In this document: in pieces, positions 32,790 through 47,655 of the stretch | Layout of the letters: each line of letters opens with the position of its first letter | How positions within the stretch are numbered: the first letter of the stretch is position 1 | Assembly: GCF_035084215.1 (NCBI RefSeq) | Contig: NC_090340.1 | Span: forward strand, 3,906,001-3,970,000 | Source of the DNA: Heptranchias perlo | Taxonomy: Eukaryota | Direction: 5' to 3' | Length of the DNA stretch: 64,000 bases | Program-made: the position numbers and the translations under genes | The notes under the pieces: model-generated | What the model was told of the DNA's origin: nothing | Databases searched by the model: none | The model's input: the letters and a program-made list of their open reading frames with translations, nothing else

Positions 32790-33530
32790 TTCGTTAGGAA
32801 GAATGAGGGGAGGCAATGTAAAGTAAAGGCCACAATTCTAAAAGGGGTTCAGGGACAGAGAGATCTGGGGTTATATGTACACAAATCGTTGAAGGTGGTG
32901 GGGCAGGTTGAGAAAGCGGTTAAAAAAGCATACCGGATCCTAGACTTTATAAATAGAGGCATAGAGTACTAAAGCAAAAAAGTCAAGATGAGCCTTTATA
33001 AAATACTCATTCGGCCACAACTGGAGCATTGTGTCCAGTTGTGGGCACCGCACTTTAGGAAATATATGAAGGCCTCAGAGAGTGTGGAGAAGTGATTTAC
33101 TAGAATGATTCCAGGGATGAGGGACTTTAGTTACCTGAATAAACTGGAGAAGCTGGGGTTGTTCTCCTTGGAACAGAGAAGGTTGAGCGGAGATTTGACA
33201 AACGGATACAAAATCATGAAGAGTCCAAGCAGAGTAGATGGAAAGAAACTGTTCTCATTGGCTGAAGGGTAAGGAGGCAGAGGACATAGATTTAAGGTGA
33301 TTGGCAAAAGAACCAAAGGTAAGAATGAGGAAAAACTTTTTCACACAGCGAGCGGTTACGATCTAGAATGCACTGCCAGAGGGGGTGGTGGAAGTAGATT
33401 CAATCATGGCTTTCGAAATGGTACTGGATAAGTACTCGTAAGCAAATAATTTTCGCTCTTGCATAGATCCAGCATGAATTCGTTGGGCCGAAAGACCTCC
33501 TTCCGTGATATAACCTTTCAATGATTCAAT
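32790..33530 (+). mobile_element. CR1 3' fragment
   Basis: Similar to the reverse complement of 5468-6200. Confidence 0.85.
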
Positions 33531-33629
33531 GATTAGAACCATAGAACCATAGAACCAAAGAAAAGATACAACACGGAAGGGGACATTCGGGCTATCATGT
33601 CCATGCCGGCTCGAAGAACAACCAGGTGC

Positions 33630-35130
33630 CCAACCAGCCTTGTGCTCCAGAACTAGCCGCGCCTCTAGCCAAGCTGTTACAGTACAGCTACAACACTGGC
33701 ATCTACCCGACAATGTTGAAATTAGCCCAGATATGTCCTGTCCTCCAAAAAACGGGACAAAACCAATCTGGCCAATTACCGCCCCATCAGTCTACTCTCG
33801 ATCATCAGCAAAGTGATGGAACGTGTCGTCGACAGTGATCTCGAGCGGCACTTACTCACCAATAACCTGCTCACCGATGCTCAGTTTGGGTTCTGCAAGG
33901 ACCACTCAGCTCCAGAACTCATTACAGCCTTGGTCCAAACATGGACAAAAGAACTGAGTTCCAGAGGTGAGGTCAGAGTGAATGCCCTTAACATCAAGGC
34001 AGCATTTGACCGAGTGTGCCACCAAGGAGCCCTAGTAAAACTGAAGTCAATGAGATTCAGGGGGACAACTCACCAGTGGTTGGAGTCATACCTAGCAAAA
34101 AGGAAGATGGTAGTGGTTGTTGGTGGCCAAGCATCTCAGCCCCAGGACATTGCTGCAGGGGTTCCTCAAGGCAGTGTCTTAGGCCCAACCATCTTCAGCT
34201 GCTTCATAATGACCTTCCCTCCATCATAAGGTCAGAAATGGGGATGTTCGCTGATGATTGCACAGTGTTCAGTTCCATTTGCAACCCCTCAGATAATGAA
34301 GCAGTCCGAGCCCGGATGCAGCAAGACCTGGACAACATCCAGGCTTGGGCTCATAAGTGGCAAGTAACATTCGCTCCAGACAAGTGCCAGACAATGACTA
34401 CCTCCAAAGAGAGATAGAGTCTAACCACCTCCACTTGACATTCAACGGCATTACCATCGCCGAATCCCCCACCATCAACATCCTGGGGGTCACCATTGAC
34501 CAGAAACTTAACTGGACCAGCCATATAAACACTGTGGCTACAAGAGCAGGCCAGAGGCTGGGTATTCTGCGGCGAGTGGCTCACCTCCTGATTCCCAAAG
34601 CCTTTCCACCATCTACAAGGCACAAGTCAGGAGTGTGATGGAATACTCTCCACTTGCCTGGAAGAGTGCAGCTCCAACAACACTCAAGAAACGTGACACC
34701 ATCCAGGACAAAGTCGCCCGCTTGATTGGCACCCCATCCACCACTCTACACGGCGCACAGTGGCTGCAGTGTGTGCCATCCACAGGATGCACTGCAGCAA
34801 TTCGCCAAGGCTTCTTCGACAGCACCTCCCAAACTCGCGACCTCTACCACCTAGAAGAACAAGAACAGCAGGTACATGGGAACAACACCACCTGCACGTT
34901 CCCCTCCAAGTTACACACTATCCCGGCTTGGAAATATATCGCCGTTCCTTCATCATCGCTGGGTGAAAATCCTGGAACTCCCTTCCTAACAGCACTGTGG
35001 AAAAACCTTCACCACACGGACTGCAGCGTTTCAAGAAGGAGGCTCACCTCCACCTTCTCATGGGCAATTAGGGATGGGCCATAAATGCTGGCCTCGCCAG
35101 CGACGCCCACATCCCATGAACGAATACATA
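33630..35130 (+). mobile_element. 5'-truncated family B LINE
   Basis: Frameshifted RT ORFs 33626-35084 and the family 3' terminus. Confidence 0.9.
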
Positions 35131-35132
35131 AA

Positions 35133-36340
35133 ACTGTGGTGCACTTGGATTTTCAGAAGGCTTTTGATAAGGTCCCACACAAAAGGTTAGCGTTCAAAAT
35201 TAAAGCACATTGGATTGGGAGGAATATACTGGCATGGATTGAGAATTGGTTGACAGACAGGAAACAGAGAGTAGGAATAAACGGGTCTTTTTCCGGGTGG
35301 CAAGCAGTGACTAGTTGGGTACCGCAGGGATTAGTGCTTGGGCCCCAGCTATTCACAATATACATCAATGATTTGGATGAGGGAACTTAAGGTAACATTT
35401 CCAAGTTTGCCGACAACACAAAGCTGGGTTGGAATGTGAGCTGTGAGGAGGATGCAAAGAGGCTCCAATGTGATTTGGACAAGTTGGGTGAGTGGGCAAG
35501 AACATAGCAGCTGCAGTATAACGTGGAGAAATATGAGGTTATCCGCTTTGGTTGTAAAAACAGAAAGACAGATTATTATCTGAATGGTGATAGATTGGGA
35601 AAAGGTGAGGTGGAACGAGACCTGGGTGTTCTTGTACACCAGTCGCTGAAAGCGAGCATTCAGGTGCAGCAAGCAGTTAGGAAGGCGAATGGTATTTTGA
35701 CGTTCATTGCAAGAGGATTTGAGTACATGAACAGGGATTTTTTACTGAAGTTGCACAGGGCCTTGGTGAGACCACATCTGGAGTATTGTGTGCAGTTTTG
35801 GTCTCCTTATCTGAGGAAGGATGTCCTTGCCATGGAGGGAGTGCAACGAAGGTTTACCGGACTGATGCCTGGGATGGCAGGATTGACGTATGAGGAGAGA
35901 TTGGGTCGACTAGGCCTATATTCACTAAAATTTAGAAGAATGAGAGGTGATCTCATCGAAACATATAAAATTCAAACAGGACTAGACAGACTAGATGCAG
36001 GGAGGATGTTCCCGATGGCTGGGGAATCCACAACCAGGGGTCACAGTCTCAGGATACAGGGTATGACATTTAGAACCGAAATGACGAGAAATTTCTTTAC
36101 TCAGAGGGTGGTGAACCTTTGGAATTCTGCACCACAGAAGGCAGTGGAGGCCAAATCATTAAATATATTTAAGGAGGAGATAGATATATTTCTTAATGCT
36201 AAAGGGATCAAGGGATACTGGGAAAAAGTGGGAACAGAGTACTGAGTTAGACGATCATCCATTACCATTTGGAATGGCAGAGCAGGCCGAAGGGCCGAAT
36301 GACCTACTCTTGCTCCTATTTTCGATGATTCTCTGATTCT
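35133..36340 (+). mobile_element. 5'-truncated CR1 LINE
   Basis: [12 protein letters not shown]... and the 240-aa ORF 35523-36245. Confidence 0.9.
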
Positions 36341-36499
36341 GTGGGCCCGAACACCCAACATTCCCGATAAGGGCCGCAATACCCTGCATTGCTGATAAGG
36401 CCTCCAATCACCCTGCATTACTGATGCTGCTTTTTGAATCAAACCCTGAATAGAAGCGATGTCGGTCGTGTTTTTCCTATGTACCGTGACACATTCCCG

Positions 36500-36790
36500 T
36501 TAAAGTGACCATTTTAAATTGGCCTGACCTTTATACAATAGCTACAAATACAACAACTAGCAGCCTGCTCCGTCAGAGACTGGAAATGGAGACAAAGGAA
36601 GAAACGCAATATATCGGAACGTTCGAGAGGGAACTGAAACATAATGGTAGGCAGGTCGCAGGTGATATTTCTGTTTTGCTGATTCGTCTGATCTCAACCG
36701 GAACAGCGCCAAGGCTTCTGCAATTGGTCTTGGAGTCCCTGGGATAGGCAAGACAACGATCAGCACGCATCCTTTTTCCTGATTGTGTCT
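36500..36790 (+). pseudogene. Possible NACHT/NLR remnant with Walker A
   Basis: GVPGIGKTT at 36732-36758; upstream DLYT/LQI resembles the pre-NACHT region; otherwise decayed. Confidence 0.35.
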
Positions 36791-37004
36791 ACTGATAAGC
36801 GTATATGGATAAATATGGGTGAGGTCAGGGTTCGCTCGTCTGTGATATCTAAAGAGTCCTTGTTCCAGTGACCCTCTCTGTCTGTGCTCACCCATAAATA
36901 ATGGCCATTTGGTAAAGTACCAGAAGATTGCCAGCGCCTGTGAAACCGAACTTCAGCAAGAGGTCGTAGAAAGAACACACAGATACAAACTTTGTCTCTC
37001 ATAC

Positions 37005-37110
37005 AAACACACACAAACTCTCTCTCTCAAACACGCACACTCCCACACACATACACACACACACAAAATCACCCACACACACATGGAAACACACAGATAC
37101 ACACTCTCAC
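37005..37110. repeat. Imperfect (CA)n microsatellite
   Basis: Seen directly. Confidence 0.85.
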
Positions 37111-38289
37111 AAGTAATCCTGGCCTGTTCGACATTATTTAATCTGTTCTTAAATAGAAAAAAAAGCACTTTAAAAGACCAATTCTTCCTGACAGTCAAAT
37201 CAGCATACAGACATTTCAAACAGAATAAGGTGGCTCCGGTTCCCCTGGTACCTGTGCAGTGGGTGACTGCACACGTTGGGTGATTATGTTCAGAAAGGTA
37301 AACTATTGATTCTATAAACACTGAAATCGGGTTGTATCCTCAAAATTATACACAATTGTCCAGTAATTCCTCGGTATATGAGAGATGGGCATGTGTGTAA
37401 AATACTTAGCGCAAGATGGCTGTGGGTCTATAACAGTAAATTATAAATTGGTGTGTCTGTAACAGTGAATGGAAGATGGCTGTGGGTGTGTAACAGTTAG
37501 TGAGAGATGGGTGTAAAACAGTTGGGCGTGGGCGTGGAACAGGGAGTGACATTTTCACTCTCTGATAGTTTTATTTTTTTTTGCTGTGAATACTTCGATG
37601 GATAAGAAAGTGGAGGAGGAGCAGCCAATGCCGAAGGAAACAATCCGTCCAGACAAAAGAAGGTTTCTATCTGAGATGGAAAGTCGCCTTATATGTTGTT
37701 TTTTTTTTCTCAACGATTATATTTCAGCGCCGATGGCCTGACTCAAGAAATGAATGTCTTACCCATAAAATGAGTCTGATTTCAAATGGTCCACAATGAG
37801 GGTGGTCCCCATCAGAATCACCGCTGAACCCAACAGGAAACGACACGACCTGATAGTTTGGAATAGGTCACTGGAGCCAGGTCGGTAGCAACAGGATAGA
37901 AATTTAAACAAGCATGATGAGAAAATGCAGAGAGTGAGCAAGTGATAGAGAGAGAGTTAACTGAAGATAGTGAGTTTGTTGGATACAAGGGCTGTGCGTT
38001 TAAAGGTTTATTTCGAAGGAGCTTCAGTTTCAGTGAGATTAGATCACAGGCATTAACGGACCACCGAAACTGATCTACAAATAAACAGATTCAACACCGT
38101 GACCGCTCAGTTCTTTGCTAAGAGCACCCAGCCTCTCTGCAAATTAAACGCTCCCTCAGCCATCAACTAGTCTGAGAACACGTAACGGCATCACCTCTGT
38201 GCGGTGTCCTGATAGTAAACCATTTTAGCCCGTCTATCCCAGAACAACCAATATCCTTATAGCCATCATCACTGATATCACCTCCTGTC

Positions 38290-40550
38290 TAACTCAGCCT
38301 TTAAAATATTCAATGACCCTGCCTCCACTACTGTCTGGGGAAGGGAGTTCCACAGACTCACAACCATCTGAGAGAAAAAATTTCTCCTAATCTCCATCTA
38401 AAATGGGAGACCCCTTATTTTTAAATTATGTCCCCTAGTTCTAGTTTCTCCCGCAAGGAGTAACATCCTTTCAGCATCTACCCCTTCACGTCCCCTCAAG
38501 ATCTTAAATGTTTCAATAAGATACCCTCTCATTCTTCTAAACTTCAATGAAGACAATCCCAACTTCTCCAACCTTTCCTCGTAAGATAACCCCCTCAAGC
38601 CAGGAATCAGTTCAGAGAACCTTCTCTGAACCGCCTCCAAAGCAATTATGTCCTTTCTTAAATAAGGAGACCATAACTACACACAGTATTCCAGATGTGG
38701 TCTCACCAATGTCCTGTACAACTGTAGCAAAACAGCTCTACTTTTATATTCCGTTCCCCTTGCAATAAATTACAACATTTCATTGCCTTCCGAATCGCTT
38801 GCTGTACCTGCATACTAACATTTTGTGATTCATGCACTAGGACACCCACATCCCTATGTACCTCAGAGTTCTGTAATCTCTCTCCATTTAAGCAATATAC
38901 TGCTTTTATATTCCTCCTGCCAAAGTGAACAAGTTCACATTTTCCCACGTTATACTCCATCTGCCAATGTTTTGCCCACTCACTTAACCTATCCATATCC
39001 CTTTGCAGACTCATTATGTCCTCTTCACAAGTTACTTTCCTACCTACCTTTTTATCATCAGCAAATTTAGCAACCATACATTCGGTCCCTTCATCCAAGT
39101 CATTGATATAGATCGCAAATAGTTGAGGCCCAGCACTGATCCCTGTGGCACTCCACTCGTTACATCTTGCCAACCTGAAAATTACCCATTTATGCCTACT
39201 CTCTGTTTCCTGTTAGCTAACCAATCCTTTATCCATGCTAATATCTTACCCCCTACACCATGAGCTTTTATCTTGTGTAGTAACATTTGATGTGGCACCT
39301 TGTCAAATGCCTTTTGGAAATCCAACTATAACAAACCCCGAGGATCCCCTTTATCCACGTTGCTTGTTACTTCCTCAAAGAACTGTAGTAAATTAATCAA
39401 ACACGATTACCATTTCACAAAGCCGTCTTGACTCTGCCTGATTGCATTGAGATTTTCTAAGTGCCCTGTTATAACCTCCTTCATAATAGATTCTAGCATT
39501 TCCCAATGACAGATGTTAAGCTAACTGGCCTGTAGTTTCCTGCTTTCTGTCTCCCACCGTTCTTGAATAGAGGAGTTACATTCGCTATTTTCCAATCTGA
39601 TAGGACCTTTCCAGAATCTAGGGAATTTTAGAAAATTAATACCAATGCATCTACTATCTCTGCAGCCATTTCTATTAAGACCCTGGGATGAAGTCCGTCA
39701 GGACCTGCGGACTTGTCAGCTTTCAGTTCGAATAATTTTAAGTTCCTCCCTCCCTTTCATCTCATGATTCACAATTATTTCTGGCATGTTATTTGATCCT
39801 CTACGGTGAAAATGGACTTACAATATCTGTTCAATTCATCCGCCATTTCCTTCATCTCCATTATTAATTCCCCAGACTCACTCTGTAGAGGACCAATGCT
39901 CATTTAACTTAATCTTTTCCATTTTAAGTACCTGTGGAAATTCTTACTATCTCTCTTTATATTTCTGGATAGCTTTCTCTTATACTCTAATTTCTCCCTC
40001 CTTATTATTCTTTTAGTCATTCTTTGTTGTTTGTTTTATTTCCTGACCAATCTTCTTACCTGCAAATAATCTTCGTGGAGTTGGATGCTTATTCTTTAAA
40101 TTTGATGCTGTCTTTAACTTCCTTAATTAACCAGGGATGGTCCGTCTTTCCCCCCGAGTCTTTCTTTCTCACTGGCATGTATCTTTGCTGAGTGTTATAA
40201 AATATCTCATTAAATGTCTGCCACTGCATCTCCACTGACCTATCCCTTAACCTAATTTCCCAGTCCACTTTAGCCAGCTCTGTCTTCATGCCCTCATAAT
40301 TGCCCTTATTTAAGTTTAAAACACTGGTCTTGGACCTACTCTTCTCTCCCTCAAACTGAATGTGCAATTCAATCATATTGTGATCACTGCTACCTAGAGG
40401 CTCCTTTACAATGAGGTAATTAATTTATCCTCTCTCATTGCACATTGCCAGATATAGAATAGCCTGCTCTCTGGTCGGCTCTGGAACGTGCTGCTCTAAG
40501 AAACTGTCCAAAAGCACTCTACGAACTCACCTTCCAGGCTACCTTTGCCA
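38290..40550 (-). mobile_element. Decayed CR1 LINE (EN-RT)
   Basis: ORFs 38398-38640, 38703-39173 (KFADD) and 40089-40376. Confidence 0.88.
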
Positions 40551-40556
40551 ATCAGA

Positions 40557-41745
40557 TGTCATGCATTGTTCCACCCTTCTCACCTCTCCTTTAAAACTGT
40601 TCTTCTCTACCACTCACCCAAGACTTAACCTCGAGTTTCAAACTGAAGTATCCTCCCTCCTTACCTGCCTCGCCGTCTGCACTGAGCGACTGCTCTTCCT
40701 GCTGATTTCAAACTCCATCTTAACTCACCTTGCCCTCTACCCTGTGACTTCACTGCCCTCCTCTCCTCTCTGAAACTTGCCCTCAATAAACTGTCCTATC
40801 CGTATTCACGGCCATCCCCTCGACCTTGCCATTTCACGTGGCCTCCTTAGTCCCAATGTCTCAATGACAAACAAGGCCAATTCTGATCATTTCCTTATAT
40901 CCCTCATCTCTCGTCCCCCGCGCCGCCCCACCCCCGAACCCCACTTCCTTCTGTGTCTATCTGCGTAAAAAAAAACTCTCCCCAAGTCACTTTCAACGGC
41001 ACATTCAAATTCCCAACTGCCGAGCCTTTGGCCCTCCATTTGCCACGATACCTCTGATGCTCTCAATCACCCACACATCTCCGTCTTTGACACCTTTTTC
41101 CGCAATAAAACCCTTACTTTTTACATCCTGATAATTCCCCGGGTACGGCCCTCAACATCGCTACCTCAAGACAAAAGGGTTCTGACTTCAACGTTTCTGG
41201 TGGACAATTTGTTTCGCCATTCATAATCAGATCTGGCTGGAATACATCAAGCACTATTGTGCACTGCTCTCCTGTGCCAAATCTGCTCACTACTTCTAGA
41301 CCATTCAAGAATGGAAATAGAACCGTCTCTTCTCTTCTCCACTATCGACCATCTCCATGAACCATTCTTCCCTGCCCCCAAAACACCTTCGTTTCCAACA
41401 AGTGTCAGGAACTCATGGCCTTTTTGGTCAGTGAGAATGAGACTGTGCATTTTGCTGCCTCTGCTGTATCCCTCCCTTCCCAGAACTCACTAAGTCAACT
41501 TTCCCACAGGTTTCCCCCTACCCTAGCCCTGAACCGACGTCTTTCTCTAGTTTATATCCTATCTCCCCTCATGACATCTCCAAGCTCATCTTATCTATGA
41601 GACCCACCTCCTGCTCTCTCGACCCTATTCCCGTTAAACAGGTGACCACCCAACTTCCTTTCCTGAGCTTCATGCTAGATGAAATTCTATATTGTTCATT
41701 TTTCTGTGGTACTGTGCGCCCTCGCTTTCAAAACTGCATTCAGTC
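40557..41745 (+). mobile_element. Decayed L2 LINE
   Basis: HGHPLDLAISRGL...SDHFLI and PTSCSLDPIP are L2 ORF2 motifs. Confidence 0.75.
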
Positions 41746-43339
41746 TGAATTGTTCCAATTTACCGAGATATCTATGGTTTTATTGTGTCCTGGGTGTCCT
41801 GACTATCTTCTCACCTCCTGACAAACTCTGAATCCAGTCATGAGCACCAAGAAGTCGAACCTTCTAAAAAGTTACCAAACGGGGACTAAACCTTGAGAAA
41901 CATGTTTTATCATTATGTTTAGATTCAATTTCATAACTTCTATTAATGTGGCTGGTGTCCAAAGACCCCATCAATTTCAACCACCAAGTTCTGTTGAATG
42001 TCAGGGGTATTCTCTCCAGTCGGTGTGTACCTGCCTTGGTACAAAGGGACTTGTGTAATCAAAAATGCAATTTTCTGCCGATTTTCCCCTCCAGAACGCC
42101 GGGATTTTGGGTCAATTGTAGCGAACGATCCAAGCTCAGGTCAGCCAACTCAGAACAGAGCAGGGTTCGAACCTGCGAACTTCAGCTCTTTGTGGTCCAG
42201 TACTTCACCGCGTGATGAATGGGGACAGAGCGAAAAAGCCAGATACAGACCGCATTCACGACACCTGCACATGCGTATCTGCAACAGTTTGGCCGGCGAT
42301 GCGATCGGTGAAGCGCTGTTGCAATTAGAAACTTTTCACGTAATTCAAAATCGGTCCATTTTCCCGCGGTCAGCAATGAGGTCTGGGTCATTGTAAATTT
42401 CAGCGTATTGTCATATCTACGTACACACACATCTGTCATAAAAGTGAACCGGTTCATTGAGGCTGCTGCATCAGATAACTTCTGGAGCGCCTGACTGTAA
42501 CACTCAGTCCCAGATTATCTTCAACATCTCTCGATGTTCTGAACTCTTCAGTGTCTCCCGCTGACTTACAGCAAACGAGTGATCGATTTCATCTCTGTTG
42601 CTCACAATGTCTATACGTGATGTGTTGCGATACCTCTCAGCTCTGGCCATTATTTGCAAAGCTTTATTTATATATACCTATCTGTTAAGTACGAAAATGT
42701 GAATAATAAGTCCATTAGCATTGTGGAGGTAGCTTATGTTCAATGTTTATTGTAATTTTCACATTTCCTTTCGTTCTACTTCTGCCGCATTATTTCCTCC
42801 CTTTTAATCCCGACGATCACGACCCCTGACTATAACCTGTGCTTGTGTTTATTTCTGACAGTTTGTAATGGGCGGAGAGCCGGCCAGGACGGGATTTTGG
42901 ATTCGTGTGCAGACAAAAGGAAAACATTTATGCCATTCAAGATAGGATCTGCCGAGTTTCCCCTGATGAATGTAGGTTTCCAGGACTCTGGAGTCTATTA
43001 TTGCAGCCTGAGAGATTGGAGAGGAAAGATTTCGAGCGGGAATGGGACTGACCTTGTGTATGATGAGTATCGCTGAGGGTTAATGGACCTTCGTAAAATT
43101 CTATGAGGATAGATTAGAGAATATTTAACAAAGATCAGCAATGATGCGCTTTATGACAGGACTTTTGATGTTTCTCTCAATTCGGTTCGGTGCGGCTCCT
43201 TTCCCCCTATTTGTAGTGAATCCTGTCAGTTCACACAGAGCAGCACCGAGGCAGTGGAATTCAGATTGTCTAACTTCAGTCAATCGTTGTTCTCTTATCC
43301 CGTATCATTTATATAAACCTGTTTTTAACTTTTCTCATT

Positions 43340-43950
43340 AATTCTCGGGATGTGGACATCGCTGGCACGGTCGGCATTTATTGTCCATTCCTAGTTACCA
43401 AGGTGGCGGTGGGTCTTCTCCTTAAACCACTGCAGTCCATGTAGTGAAGGTGCTCCCACAGTGATGTTAGGTAGGGAGTTCCAGGGTTTTGACTAAGCGA
43501 TGATAAAGCAAGGGCGATATATGTCCAAGAAAAGATGACGTGTGACTTGGAGTGGGGGAACGTGGAGGTGATGGTGTTCCCATGCACCTGCTGCCCTTAT
43601 CCTTCTAGGTGCTGGAGGCCTCGGGTTTGTGAGGTGCTGTCGAAGAAGCCTGGGCGAGTTGCTGCAGTGCATCCTGTAAATGGTACACACTGCAGCCACT
43701 GTGCACCGATGGTGGACGAAATATAAGGTGGTGGAATAAGTGCCGATCAAGCAGACTGTTTTTGTTCTGGATATTGTCGAGCTTCTTGAGTGTTGTTGCA
43801 GCTGTGCCATCCAGGCAAGTGGAGAATATTCCATCAAACTTCTGACTTGTCGGTGGTGGTGCCGCTTTGGGAAGTTAGGAGTGAGTTAGTCTCCGAGGAA
43901 TAACCAGCGTCTGACCTGCTCCAGGAGCCGCAGCTTTTATATGGCCATTT
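43340..43950 (-). mobile_element. Older family B LINE fragment (copied at 59250-59845)
   Basis: ORF 43493-43837; present in both duplicated genes. Confidence 0.85.
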
Positions 43951-46900
43951 ATATCACTTATTCACAAATCGAAAGTGTTGAATGAGATTGTTTTTGTTTA
44001 TTTTTATTGCTACATCGAATAAGGAAAAAATGTCTTTGACTCTGAATCGAATTCTGCCTGGAATCATTTCTTTCAACCCCCTGATTACTGAGGGGCCGCT
44101 CCCGACCCACCTTTTACCGCACTCCGAAGTCCAACATTAACTTTCCCAGAGTGGCTGGCAATTCAAACGTGGGGCACAACAATGAGATTGTCAGTATCTA
44201 TTAACAACTAGATCCAAGTACTAACACACAGACAGATATAAAGGACAGGGCGGGGGGCGCTGGAGGGCAGCCTGTGAAGACAAGTAGCTTGCAATGAAAT
44301 AATCAACTGCACAGAGAGGATTGAACAGGCTAAACACTAAACAACATTTTACTGCATAAAATAATAGATTTTATTTGCACTATGGATTCATTGTGGTTGC
44401 TAATAGATTTTATTTTCAGTGATAGATATATTTGCTCTGATAGATTTGATTTCGATTGATAGATTTGTTTCTGTGGGAAATAGATTTTAGATGTTGACAG
44501 ATGGCAATGGGTTTTTCAAGAATTGGATAAGGAACATTTACATGAAACAGAACGAAACTCCGTGCTACGAAGCCTGTGAGTGGAGCATCTGCTGTTCAAG
44601 CTCAGTCTGTGTCTCCAGTAAGATCTCGGCGGTGAAGGCAAAGTATCTCCCATGGATGCCAGTGCCAGAGTGGGAATCGTGATTCAAAAATTGATGGAGA
44701 AAATGGTTTGGAAGACACATTAGTGACACAAGATCATCTAAGGAAAAGAAGTTAACAAGGATCTGTAATCACCTCAGGTCACGTTGTGATAACTTTCTCA
44801 CTGGGGAGTGATGACATTTATGGATCTACGAATTGTTGAGATGCAGTTTAGGATGGAGACGAAGGTACTTTTATGACCGGAATGGGATCACTGTCAGAAA
44901 CCTCGAGAACATTCTGGATTAATTACATTTTGAACTCGGGGCTGAAATATTCCTGATCAAGCAGTTAGTGACTGATGAGTTTACAGTTTTCACCGAGCGA
45001 CAGGTTAGTTGAAGGAGGGTAGGGAGCTGTCGGCATCTGAGTGGAGTTGAGCTCCTGAAAATCAAATACCAGGTTGTATATGGGGATTTTAAGAGATCTA
45101 AGAGCAATAGTCGAGTGTTGAAAAGGATGGAGATAAAGTTAATTCGAACATTGAATAATTACTCCCGCAATTCCAATATGAAACTGCGACCTCGTCAGTC
45201 TGAAGTTCTAAAAAACAGCATGAGGTTCGGGATTATTCTCACATGAGGAATTATTGATAAACCGAACAAGATAAAGTGACATGGAAAGAGAGAAGACAAG
45301 GAGCAAGTGTGTGGGAGGGTTGAGGGGAGTGAAAAATAGAGAAGGATTGGACCTTGATCAATTTTTAAATATGAACGATTCGCCCATGGATGAGGCAGAT
45401 AGATAATGGGGTTCAGGATGGAGCGGTATTCCAGATTTGCCGATTTAAAAGCCATTGTCTCGGCCACAGTAGGAGCAGTGCGCGAAATTTTGATGTGAAG
45501 AAGGGTGTAAGATTTATTTACTTGGTGATATCAGTCCTAGATCTCCTGAATCAAAAGACATTAAAGGGAGACTCAGTTGAAGGTATCTGCGGCGAGTCCC
45601 ACTAGTGATCAAGGGGAATAAATGTAGAAAGAGTAAGAGGAGGTTAGAAGATTTTTTTTACGCAAAGGGTTATTAGAGCGTGGGGTAGAACCGCAGAAGG
45701 GCAATTGGCGGAAATCAAACACAGGGGTTCGGGGGGAATTACAATAATATTGATAGTTGCGGGGGGATGGCAGGGGACTGGAATGAGGTAGAGATCTCTT
45801 TCTGGGCTTAACCTTCTGGAATTTAACCGGAAAGTAAATGGACACGGAACACGGAGACAGTCAAATTTAGCGAGACTCTGCCGATGAATGGGTCACAGGT
45901 GGGTCACTCAATGAGGATTCATATTGCGCCAGCAAGGCTCCGAGTCGAGAGCGGAGATCCGTCGACTTCCTTGATCAGTGAGAAGTGGTAGAGGCGGATC
46001 TCTGCAACTGCAGAATATTGGGAGCTTGGTAAATTTGATACTACTTTGGCCCCTCTCTCTTTTAATTCGTGATATCGGAAACGGACGAAGACTTGAAATA
46101 ATTCACACAGAGCGAGAACCGGGGTCAGGACCGGAACATTATCTGGGAAATGAATTGAGTGAGTGAGCTCTGGTACAGGACAACTGCACACGTTTTGGAC
46201 CTTAACAACGAGTCCCAGACTGGAACTGAGACAATAATTTCCTTCATGCTTTTGTATTAATTTATCACTCTGTCAGTGAAAGCATATTATAGAATACTCT
46301 CTCCCTATTAGCAACGCAGAAGCCTATTTAGAACGTCGTTCTAAATCATAGTGAAGCATAAGCAGAAATAGACACCGAGGGCTTTAAGAGATCCCACGGG
46401 ACGGGTTCGGTTTAACTCGGACTTAAATTCATTTCAATGCCCAGACATGCGGCCTTCCCGTCACCGAGTGCTGGATAAAGACAAGAACTAAATAAATATT
46501 GCCATGGACTGTTTCAAGCAAATCAAGCGTTCTTTATTAATACTAAAATGGCGGTAAAATTTCCCTCTTAAAGGGACTCTGCAGATGCTCCAGGCTCTCC
46601 CTTCTCGGCGTCTGTTGTTTCCATTCTCTAATATAATATACGGGTAGTGATTTCAACTCAATTCCTTTAACTCCTTTCCAGTGCCGCTAACTCCTGTGAA
46701 GATTACCCGCCTGCACTCTCCGTCTCTCACACTCCTCTGCACAACGGCTGTTTTTTTCCCCCGAGGAGTTGAACCTAACTTGGTATGAAAATGGCCCCAA
46801 AATTACATCTGGGATAAACTTGGTAGAAACACGGAGCGAAGAGGGATTGTATCAAGTTTCCAGCTCCTTGATCTCTGTGTATCTGCCGCGTGCCCCATCC

Positions 46901-47655
46901 CTCTCTGCTGGCTCCAGCCAACTCCAGCTGCACGGTTCGTGATCCGGGTAAGAGACCCACCTGATCAGCACTGCAGTAAGCTGTATCTGTGTTAAATACA
47001 GGAGCCATTCAGGGCTTTTCTGTCACCACTAATCCGCACCAGAATATTGTCAATGCAGTGCGTTTGAAGGGGCTGAATATGCTCATTGCAATATCACAAA
47101 GCATTTGAGGCGGCCACTCACATTGGTCACCATGCAAGATGGAGTCTTGCGCAATTGAACGGCGGATCCATGGTCAAAATGTAAAAATGAACCATACTTT
47201 CGAAACACAGTATCTGACGTAACACACTGAGCGGGGAACCCCATCCCAACTGCCCAGTTCTTCAACTACATGGGCAGGTTCTCAATTGTCTGCTACTGGA
47301 GGCGTCCATTAGCGATCGGTGTCAGGATTGCACTTCTTGAGAAATGTCAATGATCTGGATGAAGGCGTCCACAAGTTCACTGATGGTACAACTATATGTG
47401 CTAAAGTCAGAACCATTAAGGAGAAAACATTTACAATCGGATCGAGATGCGATCGGGGAATCGGCCTGTATCTGGCAGATGCCAATTAATGCAGATAAAT
47501 GTAGTCTAATACTTGTGGGCAGGTTTAATACCAAGCATTGTGCACAGTGCTAGGCTCTGAATTAAAGTCTGTTGAGGGGCAAAGATTATTGGGTGTTCGT
47601 GTCTGAATCTCCCAAATTCCACGACAAATGCCGAGAGATGATAACCAAAGCAGTA

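Noticed and set aside
36909-37321. His/Thr-rich and Cys/Val-rich ORFs
   Set aside because: Translations of a (CA)n microsatellite.
42150-42230. tRNA gene (GGTTCGAACC B-box)
   Set aside because: No cloverleaf can be built; more likely a degenerate SINE head.
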